A stretch of DNA of 64,000 nucleotides from the human T2T-CHM13v2.0 reference genome, Homo sapiens: NCBI RefSeq assembly GCF_009914755.1, contig NC_060944.1. One strand, 5' to 3'. Shown here piece by piece: positions 50,666 to 64,000 of this stretch. The translations under genes and the position numbers were made by a program. The notes under the pieces were generated by a model that saw only the letters and a list, made by a program, of their open reading frames with translations, did not search any database and had not been told where the DNA came from. The first letter of the stretch is position 1, and the number at the start of each line of letters is the position of its first letter.

Positions 50666-51039
50666 AATATGAGAGATTTTTTTAAGGACGCAAATTTAGA
50701 GTAATTCTTTTCTGAGAGTTAATTTTTAGAAATTATTGTATTTGGAGTAGATTTCACACTCGGTTGGTTTTATTGCTTATTGTTGGTCCCCTTTTATCAT
50801 GATCTTCTCATTTCTGGGTCCAACACTTTGGTCTAATAGCCAGTGGGATTTAAGTGCCATGATTTTAAACATCATTTACGCACTGATGATTCTCAGTGTT
50901 GTACCTCCAGTCTTGACATTTTCCTTGATCTTCAGTTTATATATTCATCTGTCAACTCAACACCTCCTAAGCCTAAACCTAAATTGATGTTTAATAGGCA
51001 TCTCAAAATTGAAATGTCCAATACAGAATTAGTTCTCCA

Positions 51040-51278
51040 AGAGTTGGATTTTATAAAGCCAGGATGCCCCTTGGGTTTAGTCTTTTTGCATGTATCCACT
51101 GCCCATTTGACCTTCTCTACCATGTTATGCTGTAGACCAATAGCCCTCAACATAAGCCTGAGCCATACCCTTGAACTTCCCAGCTTGCAGAACTGTGAGC
51201 TAAATAAACCTCTCTTCTTTATAAATTACCCAGTCTCAGGTATTCTGTTACAGCAACAACACTAAACAGACTAAGACA
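51040..51278 (+). mobile_element. MST MaLR LTR 3' part
   Basis: gaactgtgagctaaataaacctctcttctttataaattacccagtctcaggtattctgtta...gactaagaca. Confidence 0.85.
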
Positions 51279-51436
51279 GTCTTCCTTCAGATATCCACAG
51301 GACTCTCTCCATCATTTAATTCAGGTCTCTGTTAAGATATTATCTTCCCAACTGCAGTGCCACTCCACTGACATGCACTAGTCACTCTGTAACCCTTCAT
51401 TCTGTGTTATTTTTCTTTATAAAACTTACCATTCCA

Positions 51437-51535
51437 TGCTAGTGCATATACTAGCATTTACTAGTATATGCTAGTATATGCAAGTATATGTTAGTATATG
51501 CTAGTATATTATAGTATATGCTAGTGCATATACTA
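51437..51535. repeat. 10-bp minisatellite (CTAGTATATG)n with inverted units
   Basis: About 5-6 direct units flanked by the reverse-complement unit gcatatacta. Confidence 0.85.
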
Positions 51536-52959
51536 TATTATATTACTATAATTTAAATATTTATTATTTACATTATACTTATTTGTTTATTTTCTGTTTT
51601 TCCACCAGAATGTGGGCTTCATTAAGGCTAAAACTTTGTTTTGTTCATGATTTATTCTCAGTTCCTAGCACCAAGTCTGTGTTCAATAAATATTTATTAA
51701 ATGAATTAACGAATGAACAAACCAGTTTTCCATACGATGGATCACATATTTAGTTCTCCTTTCATCCTTTTTCTTTTACCCACTGCATTCCTGCTTTCTC
51801 TTTTATAATTTTCACCCTTATTCTTTTATCACTGCATTCCTGACATCTTATCAACATCGATGACTTGATATGCATTTGTTTTGCTGCAGTACTTTATTAC
51901 TGTAGCCACAGTCTAAAATTCTGCCATAGCATTGTTTATTTCTTATATTATTAGTTTCTCACAGTAAAAACAATCTCAACCAGGCTTCTGTTCATCCCAT
52001 TCTTCTGCATTATTATTTTGTCTCTCATCTTACATTTTATAGGCTCTACATTTTCTTGAATTTTATTGGGAACTTAAACTTTTCTTTTAGCAAGTGATTT
52101 TCTTCAGAAGACCTTTTCTTTTGCTTCCCTGCAGAGTGTTTAGCAGTGTCTCAACATCCACACAGAACCCCAAAGTGAAGAATGGGAGATGTGGTGGTCT
52201 GAGGCATTTAAGGAAATCTCTCTTTAATCTTTAGTGGCTGAGCTAACCAAGCAGAGACTTCAGCGGCAACATGTGACAAAGAATATAGACTTTACAGAAT
52301 AATTCCAAAGGACACTAAAAAAAATGGCAGCAGCAACAACAAATAATAATAACAAACTCTGGAGAGGGGGAGAATCTGATTTCCAGAGTTGCCATATTAT
52401 ATTATTTTAAAGGTCAACTTTTTTAACAAAAAATACAAGTTATGCAAAGAAATCAGAAAGGATGGCCCATAAACAGGAAAAAGGGGCAAAAACAAGAGAA
52501 ACTACACTAAGGAACCCCAGATGTTGGATTTATTAGACAAAGGCTTTAAATTAGCTATTTAAAATATGCTTAAAGCATGAAGGAAATTATGTCTAAGGAA
52601 CTAAAGAAAAGTTTAAAAATGTCTGATGAAATATAGAATATCGATAAAGAGATAGAAATTATTAAAACAAAAATTCTGGAGTTGAAAGTACAGTAGCTGA
52701 AATGAAACATTCACTTAGAGGAGCTCAACAGAACATTTTAACAGGCAGAAGAAAAAGAAGTCAGCAAACCTGATGATAGGTCAAATGATATTATCTGTCT
52801 GAGGAAGAGAAAGATAAAAAGAATGAAGAAAAATGAAGAGTCTCAAAGACCTATCAAGCATACTGAGATAGACCAAGAATACAAAAATATGCATAATGTG
52901 ATTTCTAGAAGAGAAGATAGAGTGGCAGAAAGAATATTTGAGAAAAAAAAGGATGGCTA

Positions 52960-53279
52960 GGTTGGGTGTGGTGGCTCACGCCTGTAATCCCAGCACTTTG
53001 GGGAGGCCGAGGTGGGTGGATCATGAGTTCAGGAGATTGAGACCATCCTGGCTAACATGGTCAAATCCCGTCTCTACTAAAAATACAAAACAAAACAAAA
53101 CAAAACAATTAGCCAGGCATGGTGGCGGGCGCCTGTAGTCCCAGCTACTTGGGAGGCTGAGGCAGGAGAATGGTGTGAACCTGGGAGGCGGAGCTTGCAG
53201 TGAGCCTAGATTGCACCACTGCACTCCAGCCTGCCTGGGTGACAGAGTGAGACTCCGTCTCAAAAGAAAAAAAAAAAAA
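52960..53279 (+). mobile_element. AluY
   Basis: gagaccatcctggctaac and gcggagcttgcagtgagc; TSD about ggatggcta. Confidence 0.95.
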
Positions 53280-54549
53280 GGGATGGCTAAAACTTCCCAA
53301 ATTTGATGAGAAACATTAATCTACACATTCGAGAATCTCAACAAACTCCAGCTAGGATAAACTAAGAAAGATCCTTACCTAGACACATCATAATTTAACT
53401 GTTAAGAGGCAAAGACAAAGAGAATATCTTCAGAGTATCAAGAGAGAAGTGACTCACCATGTATAAGAGAGCCTTAATAAGATTGTCAGCTCACTTTTAA
53501 TCAGAAACCATAGATGTCAGAAGACAGTGGGTTGGTATAGTCAGAGCCCTGAAAGACAAAAAACTGTCAACCAAGAATTCTATATCCAAAGAAAACTATC
53601 TTTTAAAAATGAAGGAGACATTAAGACATTCCCAGAAAGACAGAAATGGAGGCAGTTTGTCAGGTATTTCAGCCTGAAGCTTTTCTACAAGTAATACTAA
53701 CGAAATGTTCAGTCCTTCAGGCTGAAATGATAGGACAATAGGAAGTAACTCAAATCGACATAAAGAAATAAAGGTAACTACATAGGTAAATACAAAGGCC
53801 AAAATACATACAAAAGGAAAAATAAATTTATTTTTTTCTTTGTAACCCTTTTTTTCTCTTATTTGTTTTAAAGGATAGCGATATGAAGCAAAAATTATGA
53901 ATCTATGTTGATGGTCATACAGTGTGTAAAGATGTAATCTGTATGACAAAAATAGTACAAAAGTTGGAGAGGGAATGAAGTTATATTGGAGAATGGTTTA
54001 TGTATACAATTGAAATGAAGGTAATAACTAGGTTGTTATAAATTAAGATGCTAATTATAATCTCCAGGGCAACCACTAAGAAAATAACTAAAATATATAT
54101 AGTGAAAGAAATGACAAAGGAATACTAGAAAATATCTAGTACAAAAGAAGGTAATAATGGAGGACTAGAAGAAACAAAAAAAAGAAACATATAAAAACAA
54201 ACATCAGAATGGCAGACATAAAGCCTACCTTATCAGCAATTATATGAAATTACTCTACATAATCAAAATATAAAACTTTTATGTTTTGTTGGACACCACT
54301 GAGAAAGTGCAAGACTACTCAGAATGAGAGAAAAGTTCAAATTATATATCTGATAAGGGACTTATATCTAGAATATATAAAGAACTCCTACAGTTCAACA
54401 ATAACTAAACAAATAACCCAATTTAAACATTGTGCAAAGGATCTGAATATACATATCTCCAAAGAAGATGTACAAAGACAATAAGCACATAAAAAGATGC
54501 CAAACATCATTAGCCAGCAGGGAGAGAAATGCAAATTAAACCAACAATG

Positions 54550-55045
<496 letters not shown>

Positions 55046-55894
55046 TAAAACAATGAGATAGTACTTCAGACCACTAGAATGGCTATGATAAAAATGATGG
55101 ACAATAATAAAGGTTGGCGAGGATGTAGAGAAATTGGGACATGCCTACACTGATGGTGGGAATGTAAAATGGTGCAGCTGCTTTGAAAAACTCTGGCAAT
55201 TCCTCATGAAGTCAGACATACAGTTACCACATGAACCAGCAATTCCATTCATAGGTATATGATCCCCAGAATTGAAAATCTATGTTCATACAAAAACTTG
55301 CACAGAAATGTTCATAGCAGCTTTATTCATAATAGCCAAAAAGTAGAAAGAACCCAAATGTCCATTAACTGATGAATGGATAAACGAAACATGGTATATC
55401 CATACAGTGAAATATTAGTCAGCCTTAAAAAGGGATGAACTACTGATGCATGCAAAACACAGATGAACCTTGAAAACATTTTGTTAAAGAAGCCGGACAC
55501 AAAGAGTCACATATTGTATGATTCCATTTATGTGAAATGTCTGGAAAAGGCATATCCATAGAGACAGAAAGAAGATTAGTGGTTGCCAGGGGCTTGGAGA
55601 AGGGGGTAATGCAGAGTGGTTGCTAATGGTTACAGAGTTTCTTTTTAGAGTGATGAAAATGTTCTGGAATTTGATAGTGGTGACTGTTGGACTACTCTGT
55701 GGATGTATGAAAAACCACTGAATTGCAGTTTAAGGGTAAATATTATAGTGTGTGAATTATATCTCAGTTTTAAAAATGGGACGGAGTTGTACCTAGACCT
55801 CTAATGTGCAAGGGACTTCCTCCTATGTCCTACCTCTATCACCTGGACATGTCTAAGTGGCCCTCCTGCCATCACCTTGACCCCTCTTGGTCCC

Positions 55895-56020
55895 TGTATT
55901 AGTCAGGTTTCTTCAGAGAAACAGAACCAATAGGATATCAACATCAATATTGGCGTTGACACCAGTATCTATATTGACAAAAATATTGATATATGGAGAG
56001 ATATAGACACATAGAAAGAC
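55895..56020 (-). mobile_element. MLT2 (ERVL) LTR end fragment
   Basis: tgtattagtcaggtttcttcagagaaacagaaccaataggata. Confidence 0.75.
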
Positions 56021-56574
56021 CAGCTGTTCACCCAACAAGCTCCTTCCTGTCCCCTTTGGGAGCTCTATTCTTTATACTCCCAGTAACTAGCTAGGATTCC
56101 ATGACTAGAATCATCACTTCTATTTCCTTCTTGTTGTGAGGTTAATGAGGGGATACATATTGAGCCCAGAACCTGGCCAGTCCAGGGACTGTGGATGTCC
56201 TGGTGAGGGTGACTGGCGACAGCTCCTGAGATGTAGAAAATGAGAATCTATGGTTCTTTGAACAGTGCCTGGCTCCTGAGACCCTAACCTCTATGCATTG
56301 ACTAGAATATGCTCAGCTTTCTTAAAGACTAGAATTAAAAATCTAATAATATTACAATTCTGCTCAAAACCTTCATCGACTCCCCATTGCATTCTAAATA
56401 AGAGCCTAAGTTTAGTCTAACATTCCCTTTTCTAGAATATTATCCCAGTCCACCTGTCTAGTCTCCTGTGCAATATTCCCTCAGTAGCTGTCATTCTTCT
56501 GCAGGACACTTGACCAAACATTCCAGAAAACCTGGCGTCTCCATCATGCATTGAACATGCCATTTGGCACAATG

Positions 56575-56790
56575 CCATTGAGAAACTGGACTTGGGATAT
56601 AGGGAGACCTGCTCAGGAAGTCCAGCTCTGCCAAAGACTAGCTGGGTAACCTTGGGAAAGTCACTCTACCTTCTGTTTAGTTTCCTTATTTGTCAAAATG
56701 AGGAATGAGTCTACCTGTCTCAGTCGGTGGTCACAAGGTTTAAGAGACATAGAGCATGTGAAGAGCCTTAGAGAACTAATTTGGCCTAGT
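56575..56790 (+). mobile_element. MIR
   Basis: ctagctgggtaaccttgggaaagtcac...agtttccttatttgtcaaaatgagg. Confidence 0.8.
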
Positions 56791-58712
56791 CTAGCATCCC
56801 CTTCCTGCAGGAAGAGGCCCCCTCTCCTACTCCCTCCCTCTGGTTCTGTGGGTGGCCAGTCATTGCCACTTTTACTTCTCTGGACACACAGGTGAGGAAG
56901 TGGATCTCTTTGGGAACTTTCAAGTTGGAATTAAAGAAGGATCGCCTCTTTAGGATGGAAGAGCCTGGAAGATGTGAAGTAGGGGGGCAGTGGTGCCCAT
57001 GTGGCCCAGAAAGCCAGTGTGTAAGCATGGAGAGAGTCCAGGCGGCATTTAATTTTGGGTTCTGGTTATTTCTGCAGCCAGCTGCAGCCCCTTCCACGTA
57101 AAGCAAATTCACTCATCAATTACCCTTTTACCCAAGCTGGATTAAGACAGGCTTCTGATCCTTGCATGACTGATGAACTCAGGAGTGAGGGATTGGGGGA
57201 CCCTTCCCAGACTCCTCGTTGCTCCAGGTTTGTGTTCTTATTCTCCACTCTTACCTTTCCCATGAGATCTGAGGCTCTGTCTAGGCAGGGAATTAGTCAT
57301 TTGACTTGCTCCTCCCTTTGAGTCAGCTTGGGGTTCAATCAGTGTTTGGGCTTAACCCCTGAGGCTCAGGCAACATCAGCAGGGCAGTGAGAGCCGTTGC
57401 TCAGGGAGTGGAGGTACTTAGAAAACTTTGAGATAGGTGCCAGGACTTCTGCCAGCTTCCAAGGGAGAACTAAGTTTGGACTTCTATGAATCTCAATGGC
57501 TAAACCACCTTCATTTCCACTCAGATGCACTAAATCCAAATTTCTGGAATCAAGGCCTGAGAATCTGCATGTTTTTCAAGCATCCGGGTGATTCTCATGT
57601 GACCTAAACTTGACAATCTCTGGGCTGAGTCTTTTATGAAGCCCCGAGTTCATCGTTTTACTTCTTCAGATTCCTGAGTACAGCAGTTTGGGGAAAGTTA
57701 TAACCAAAACAAGCCAGCGAGCTAGTTTCTTATGCTAATGGTCACACAGATCTCATAATTACATGGAGGACACAAGTGTCTCATAATTAGCGTCTGCTGT
57801 TCTGTTCTTGGGGGGCAATTGTTCTGCAACAATGGCCAGGCTCAGTGCTGGACCACCAGCCTCCCTCAGCTCACTCCCCTCCACCACATTCCAATCTCAT
57901 GAGAGAAGAGCCCCTAGTTCTCAGGACTTTAACCCTCTTCCTGCCAGCACCCCCAGGCCAGTGCTGAGGTAGGGGAGGTTCGTGATCTGATGCCGGGCAT
58001 CCAGAGGGAAGTGGGAGAAAGAAATGTGGAATGACTGAGTACTGGGGGCAGCTAGCACTTTGCATTTAAGGCTGTGTTTCTCACTCAGACCTAACGAAGC
58101 ATAACTTACAGGGTTGAGGCGCAGGAACCCCCCTTGGTAATTCTGATTTTACTAGGATTTGAGACTCACTGACCAAATCTTTACCTCTTTCAGGCTGACA
58201 AGTTGTCTAAAAGGGCAGGAGGACTTACTCCTGACATGCATCTGCCACCCAAACCATCACAATAGCCTTCCGCCTTCTCAGTGGGAGTACGTGTGACCCT
58301 GCAGCAGAAGGCAGCAGGAGGTGGTGACAAGAATACACGTCTGGCCCTAAAACCTGGGTCAGTCACATCCTGGCTGCCATTCACCAGCTATATGATTTTA
58401 GGAAAGTGGATTCACCTCTGAGCTGCAGATTCCTCATCAATAAAATGAAGACAAGAACACCCACCCTTAGTATTTGGGTATTTAGACTGTTTCCATGTTT
58501 TTTTTATTTCTTTTATCATATTCTTGGCATTACGAGTTTAGCATTCAAGGTTCTGACCAATAAGTGATCCCAGGGGTGTTCATGAAAATCCCCGGGGAAA
58601 GCTTTTACAAAATAAAGAACGGAGTCTATTGAGCTGGAATTTGTAAGGGCATGACTCAGGAATGGAGTATTTGGAGAAAGTTCTTCAGGTCTTCCTAATG
58701 CACACTTTTATC

Positions 58713-59397
<685 letters not shown>

Positions 59398-59639
59398 TCC
59401 TAATGCATACTTTTATTCAAACTCATCTGTGAGAGGCCTGGAAGGACTTTGACATGGTAAAAAAAAAAAAAAAAAGTGTGATTTTGCAGAGGCATTGATT
59501 TAAATTGTGTACACTGATAATGTTAGAGCAAGTTTGTTAGCAGGGAGTGAGCCCAGGCAAGTACCCAGCATAGACCTGTCTGTCTCCTTTCTAAGATTTC
59601 CAAAGGGCTAAACAAGCTTTACTTATTATCTTATTTAAT

Positions 59640-60690
<1,051 letters not shown>

Positions 60691-60853
60691 TGAGCTATGC
60701 CATGCCAACTCTGCAGGAATCCAGGCAACTCTAGTCAGTGTGGACCTGAAAAGGAACTGAATTCTCTGTGGCTTTTTTGCTCATTGTTTCCACTTGAGAG
60801 GAATCCTAAAGAGAAAAGTGGAAGAATCGTTTGCACAAAGATATTTATCTCTG

Positions 60854-61151
<298 letters not shown>

Positions 61152-61246
61152 GATATTTATCTCTGAATTGCTGGTTTATTCAGTAGAATCTTTGAGAATT
61201 ACAAGTCTGAGCTCCAGAGCCCAATGTTAAGAGGTCTGGGAGAAGA

Positions 61247-61550
61247 GGCCGGGTACTGTGGCTCACACCTGTAATCCCAACACTTTGGGAGGCGGAGGCG
61301 GGTGGATCACCTGAAGTCAGGAGTTCGAGACCAGCCTGGCCAACATGAGGAAACCCCTGTCTCTACTAAGAATACAACATAAATTAGCCGGGCATGGTGG
61401 CGCATGCCTGTAATCCCAGGCTGAGGCAGGAGAATCACTTGAACCTGGGGGTTGGGGGGGCGGAGGTTGCAGTGAGCCAAGATTGTACCACTGCATTCCA
61501 GTCTGGATGGCAGAGTGAGACTCCATCTCAAAACAAAACCAAACAAAACA
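61247..61550 (+). mobile_element. AluS
   Basis: TSD aagag(g/a)tctg(g/a)gagaaga; short internal deletion. Confidence 0.95.
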
Positions 61551-61729
61551 AGAGATCTGAGAGAAGAGAAAGAACCAGTAAAAGACACCAAAAAGAAGTG
61601 ACCTGGGAGGTAGGAGGAAAACAGGAACGTGTGGTATTCTGGAAGGCAAATAAAAGCGTGCCTGGAGGAAGATTCCTAGAAATAAGATCAGTAACAGGTC
61701 TACTAGCAGAAAAAAAGCAATGAATCTCC

Positions 61730-62450
61730 ACTGAAGGATATGAAATAGGACTTCAATAAAAGAAGACACATCTTTGATAGGAAGTTTTAGTATAGTAAGG
61801 ATGTCTGTTCTTCTTAGATGAGTGTTTAACTCAATGTAATTCCAGTAAAAACACCCTACTCAAACTGATAGGAACTTAACGAAGTTATTATAAATCTGGG
61901 ACAATTGGTATACAAGAATAGAATTGAATTTCCTGAAAAGTAAACATAAGAAGTGGAACTTGCCCTACTTGTTTACCAAAACATCTAATAAAGGTAAATT
62001 AATGGAAACCAAACCACAGGCGCATGGCGTGATGAATAAGGGTGCCACCGAGTGCAGACTTGGGCTCCAGCATCACGGCTGTTCAGCGGATAATGAAATT
62101 GACACTTCACATTTGGGGAGGAAATAATGAATTACTTATTAAATTTTATTTAAATTAGCTAGTCATTTAGATTAAAAAAAAAAAAGCTAGAAACTGTCCC
62201 TGAGTCTTATTCTAAAAGAGACTTCAGAAAAATGGAAGATAAAAAGAAAAAAAAAATCCATACAGTATAAAAGAGAACACAACTGAATAGTTTAGTAATC
62301 TTTAGAAAAATAAAGAAAAGATTGAACGATTTAATTGCATAAAATAAAAAATTTCTATAGAGCAAAATAAATCATAAAACTAAAAGATAAATACTACTGT
62401 GAAATAAAAAAACTTTTAAACATATGAGAGAAATGGTTAATATCATTAAT
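61730..62450 (+). mobile_element. Old L1ME ORF2 remnant
   Basis: A-rich text: tcaatgtaattccagtaaaaa, gaacttgcccta, aaaatttctatagagcaaaa. Confidence 0.6.
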
Positions 62451-63553
62451 GTTAACTCTAGGGTGGGAGTAAAGTTGGGAGCTAAATAAATACTTTGGTA
62501 AGGAGAGGAAGAGCCTTAAACTCTGTCCATCAACTCCTTCCTGCAGATATCGGCTCCCTGCACCCGCACCAGGTCAGGCTACTTCCAGGTGGGCAGGCTG
62601 GGCCAGGTTCCTAAGTACCTAGAGCTGAAAGCCCCACGTACACCACTCCTCCATCCTGGTGGCCCACCTGGACCCTCCTGCCCCTCCTCTGCACCAGGTG
62701 TGATGATAGGGGACAGGAGGAGTCACAGGAGACCTCTTCTCTCAGAAAGCAAGACCAGGCTGACATCCAAGCTAAAGGCAGGGGCTAGGACTGCTGGGTG
62801 GAGGGATGGAGTGGGTTCTGGGTCAAAGGATAGGTGGGAGGAGATGGAAGGCTGTGCGCAGCAGCAGGGAGGGGCGGTGAGGAGGGGGAAAAGCAGAGAT
62901 GGGAGCCCAAGCAGCTAGAATGGGGGCGGCAGTCAAGGGCAGGAGAGGTGGGACAGCTGAGGTGGGGGGTGTCCCTCCAGGCCCCAGAGCTGCCACTTCG
63001 CCTCTCCCAGTCATCCAATTTGCAACGAGTTCCCTTTAGTACATGGAAAGTATCCTCCGGAACTTGTTTGCAGGAAACAACGCAATGCATGAAAGCCCAC
63101 TTTGAGATGTTAATTACCTATTTGGTTCATTTATTCAAAATTTTTTTTTATTTACTCTGAGTCACACTGTGCTAGGCACTGGGAACAGTTGGAATACTCA
63201 CCACACCCATTCATTTATAAATTTTAAGACAATGTGAAAATGCTTAGATTTAAAATGGAAAACCATAAATGACAAGGTTTCTCTGCCAAGTCTACTCAAC
63301 TGCCTTTCACCAAGGTCAGAGAACTCCAGGGTGTGGGTTTCCTCCTAAATTTACTGAGGCTGCCATGGGCCAGGCAGCACGCTGGTCTCTGGGGTTAGAG
63401 TACTGACTATCCTCATGCGTTTATTAATTTAAAATGAGGCCCAAACACAGGGTCACACAGTGTCCAAAATGAAATAACCTTTGGACCGACACAGCTTGTT
63501 TCAAAACAGCTGAGATCCGTTGCCTTTTTGGCATTTGATTTTTGGTGCTGGGC

Positions 63554-63586
<33 letters not shown>

Positions 63587-64000
63587 CAAAAAAACGGGGA
63601 GGTGTATCTAGGAGGGGATCATAAATGCAGCTATTTAATCTGCTGTCACTTTGTAAGAGCCCCATTGAATTTTTGATGGGAAAAATGTTTTTGCCCGGGT
63701 TGAGCTTCAGGACAAAGAAGAAATGCAAGGAACAGAGAGCAGAATTGATAGTGTTTAAAAATATGTTAAAAGATCTTATACTTTGTAACAAAGTTGGTAA
63801 GCTACAATGGAAGAATTCCTGACACAGCAGAGGCCTGGCCAAACCCCTCCCCTGGGGGCCCCGGGAATAAAAGCTTCCTCCTCCAAGCTGTCAGTTGAAA
63901 GAAATCGTCCTGCCTGATGGCCATGTGCCACTCTCTCGATGCTTGGGAACAAAATTGTGATGTTGCAGACTATACATTGTTTTTCCAGAATAACACAGAA

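Larger units (their letters stand above)
50840..51720 (+). mobile_element. L2 fragments flanking an MST LTR piece
   Basis: ggcatctcaaaattgaaatgtccaa; ttcaataaatatttattaaatgaattaacgaatgaa tail. Confidence 0.75.

Overview
Human non-coding genomic DNA: an AluYb8 copy, a human-specific subfamily, is present. It is intronic or intergenic and dominated by interspersed repeats: more than 30 Alu/FLAM/FAM copies, one full-length inactive L1PA4/5-like LINE-1 on the minus strand (about 34.3-40.4 kb), long old L1M tracts, L2 and MIR fragments, MaLR solo LTRs (MLT1, MST, THE1) and DNA-transposon fossils (Tigger2a, MER33, MER119, Charlie, Tc2/Kanga-like, MADE1, MER5). I see no host protein-coding gene, CpG island or RNA gene, and nearly all listed ORFs are repeat-derived or chance. 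The best observations are (i) a 111-aa antisense ORF0 that is still open in an L1 whose ORF1 and ORF2 are dead, (ii) a composite local duplication A..AB..B at 49.2-51.3 kb, (iii) a young AluYb8 with a perfect TSD, (iv) nested insertions that give relative ages, and (v) a candidate POU/SOX/homeobox enhancer. I found no convincing novel biological system. Repeat subfamily names come from recalled consensus sequences, and boundaries of old repeats are approximate.
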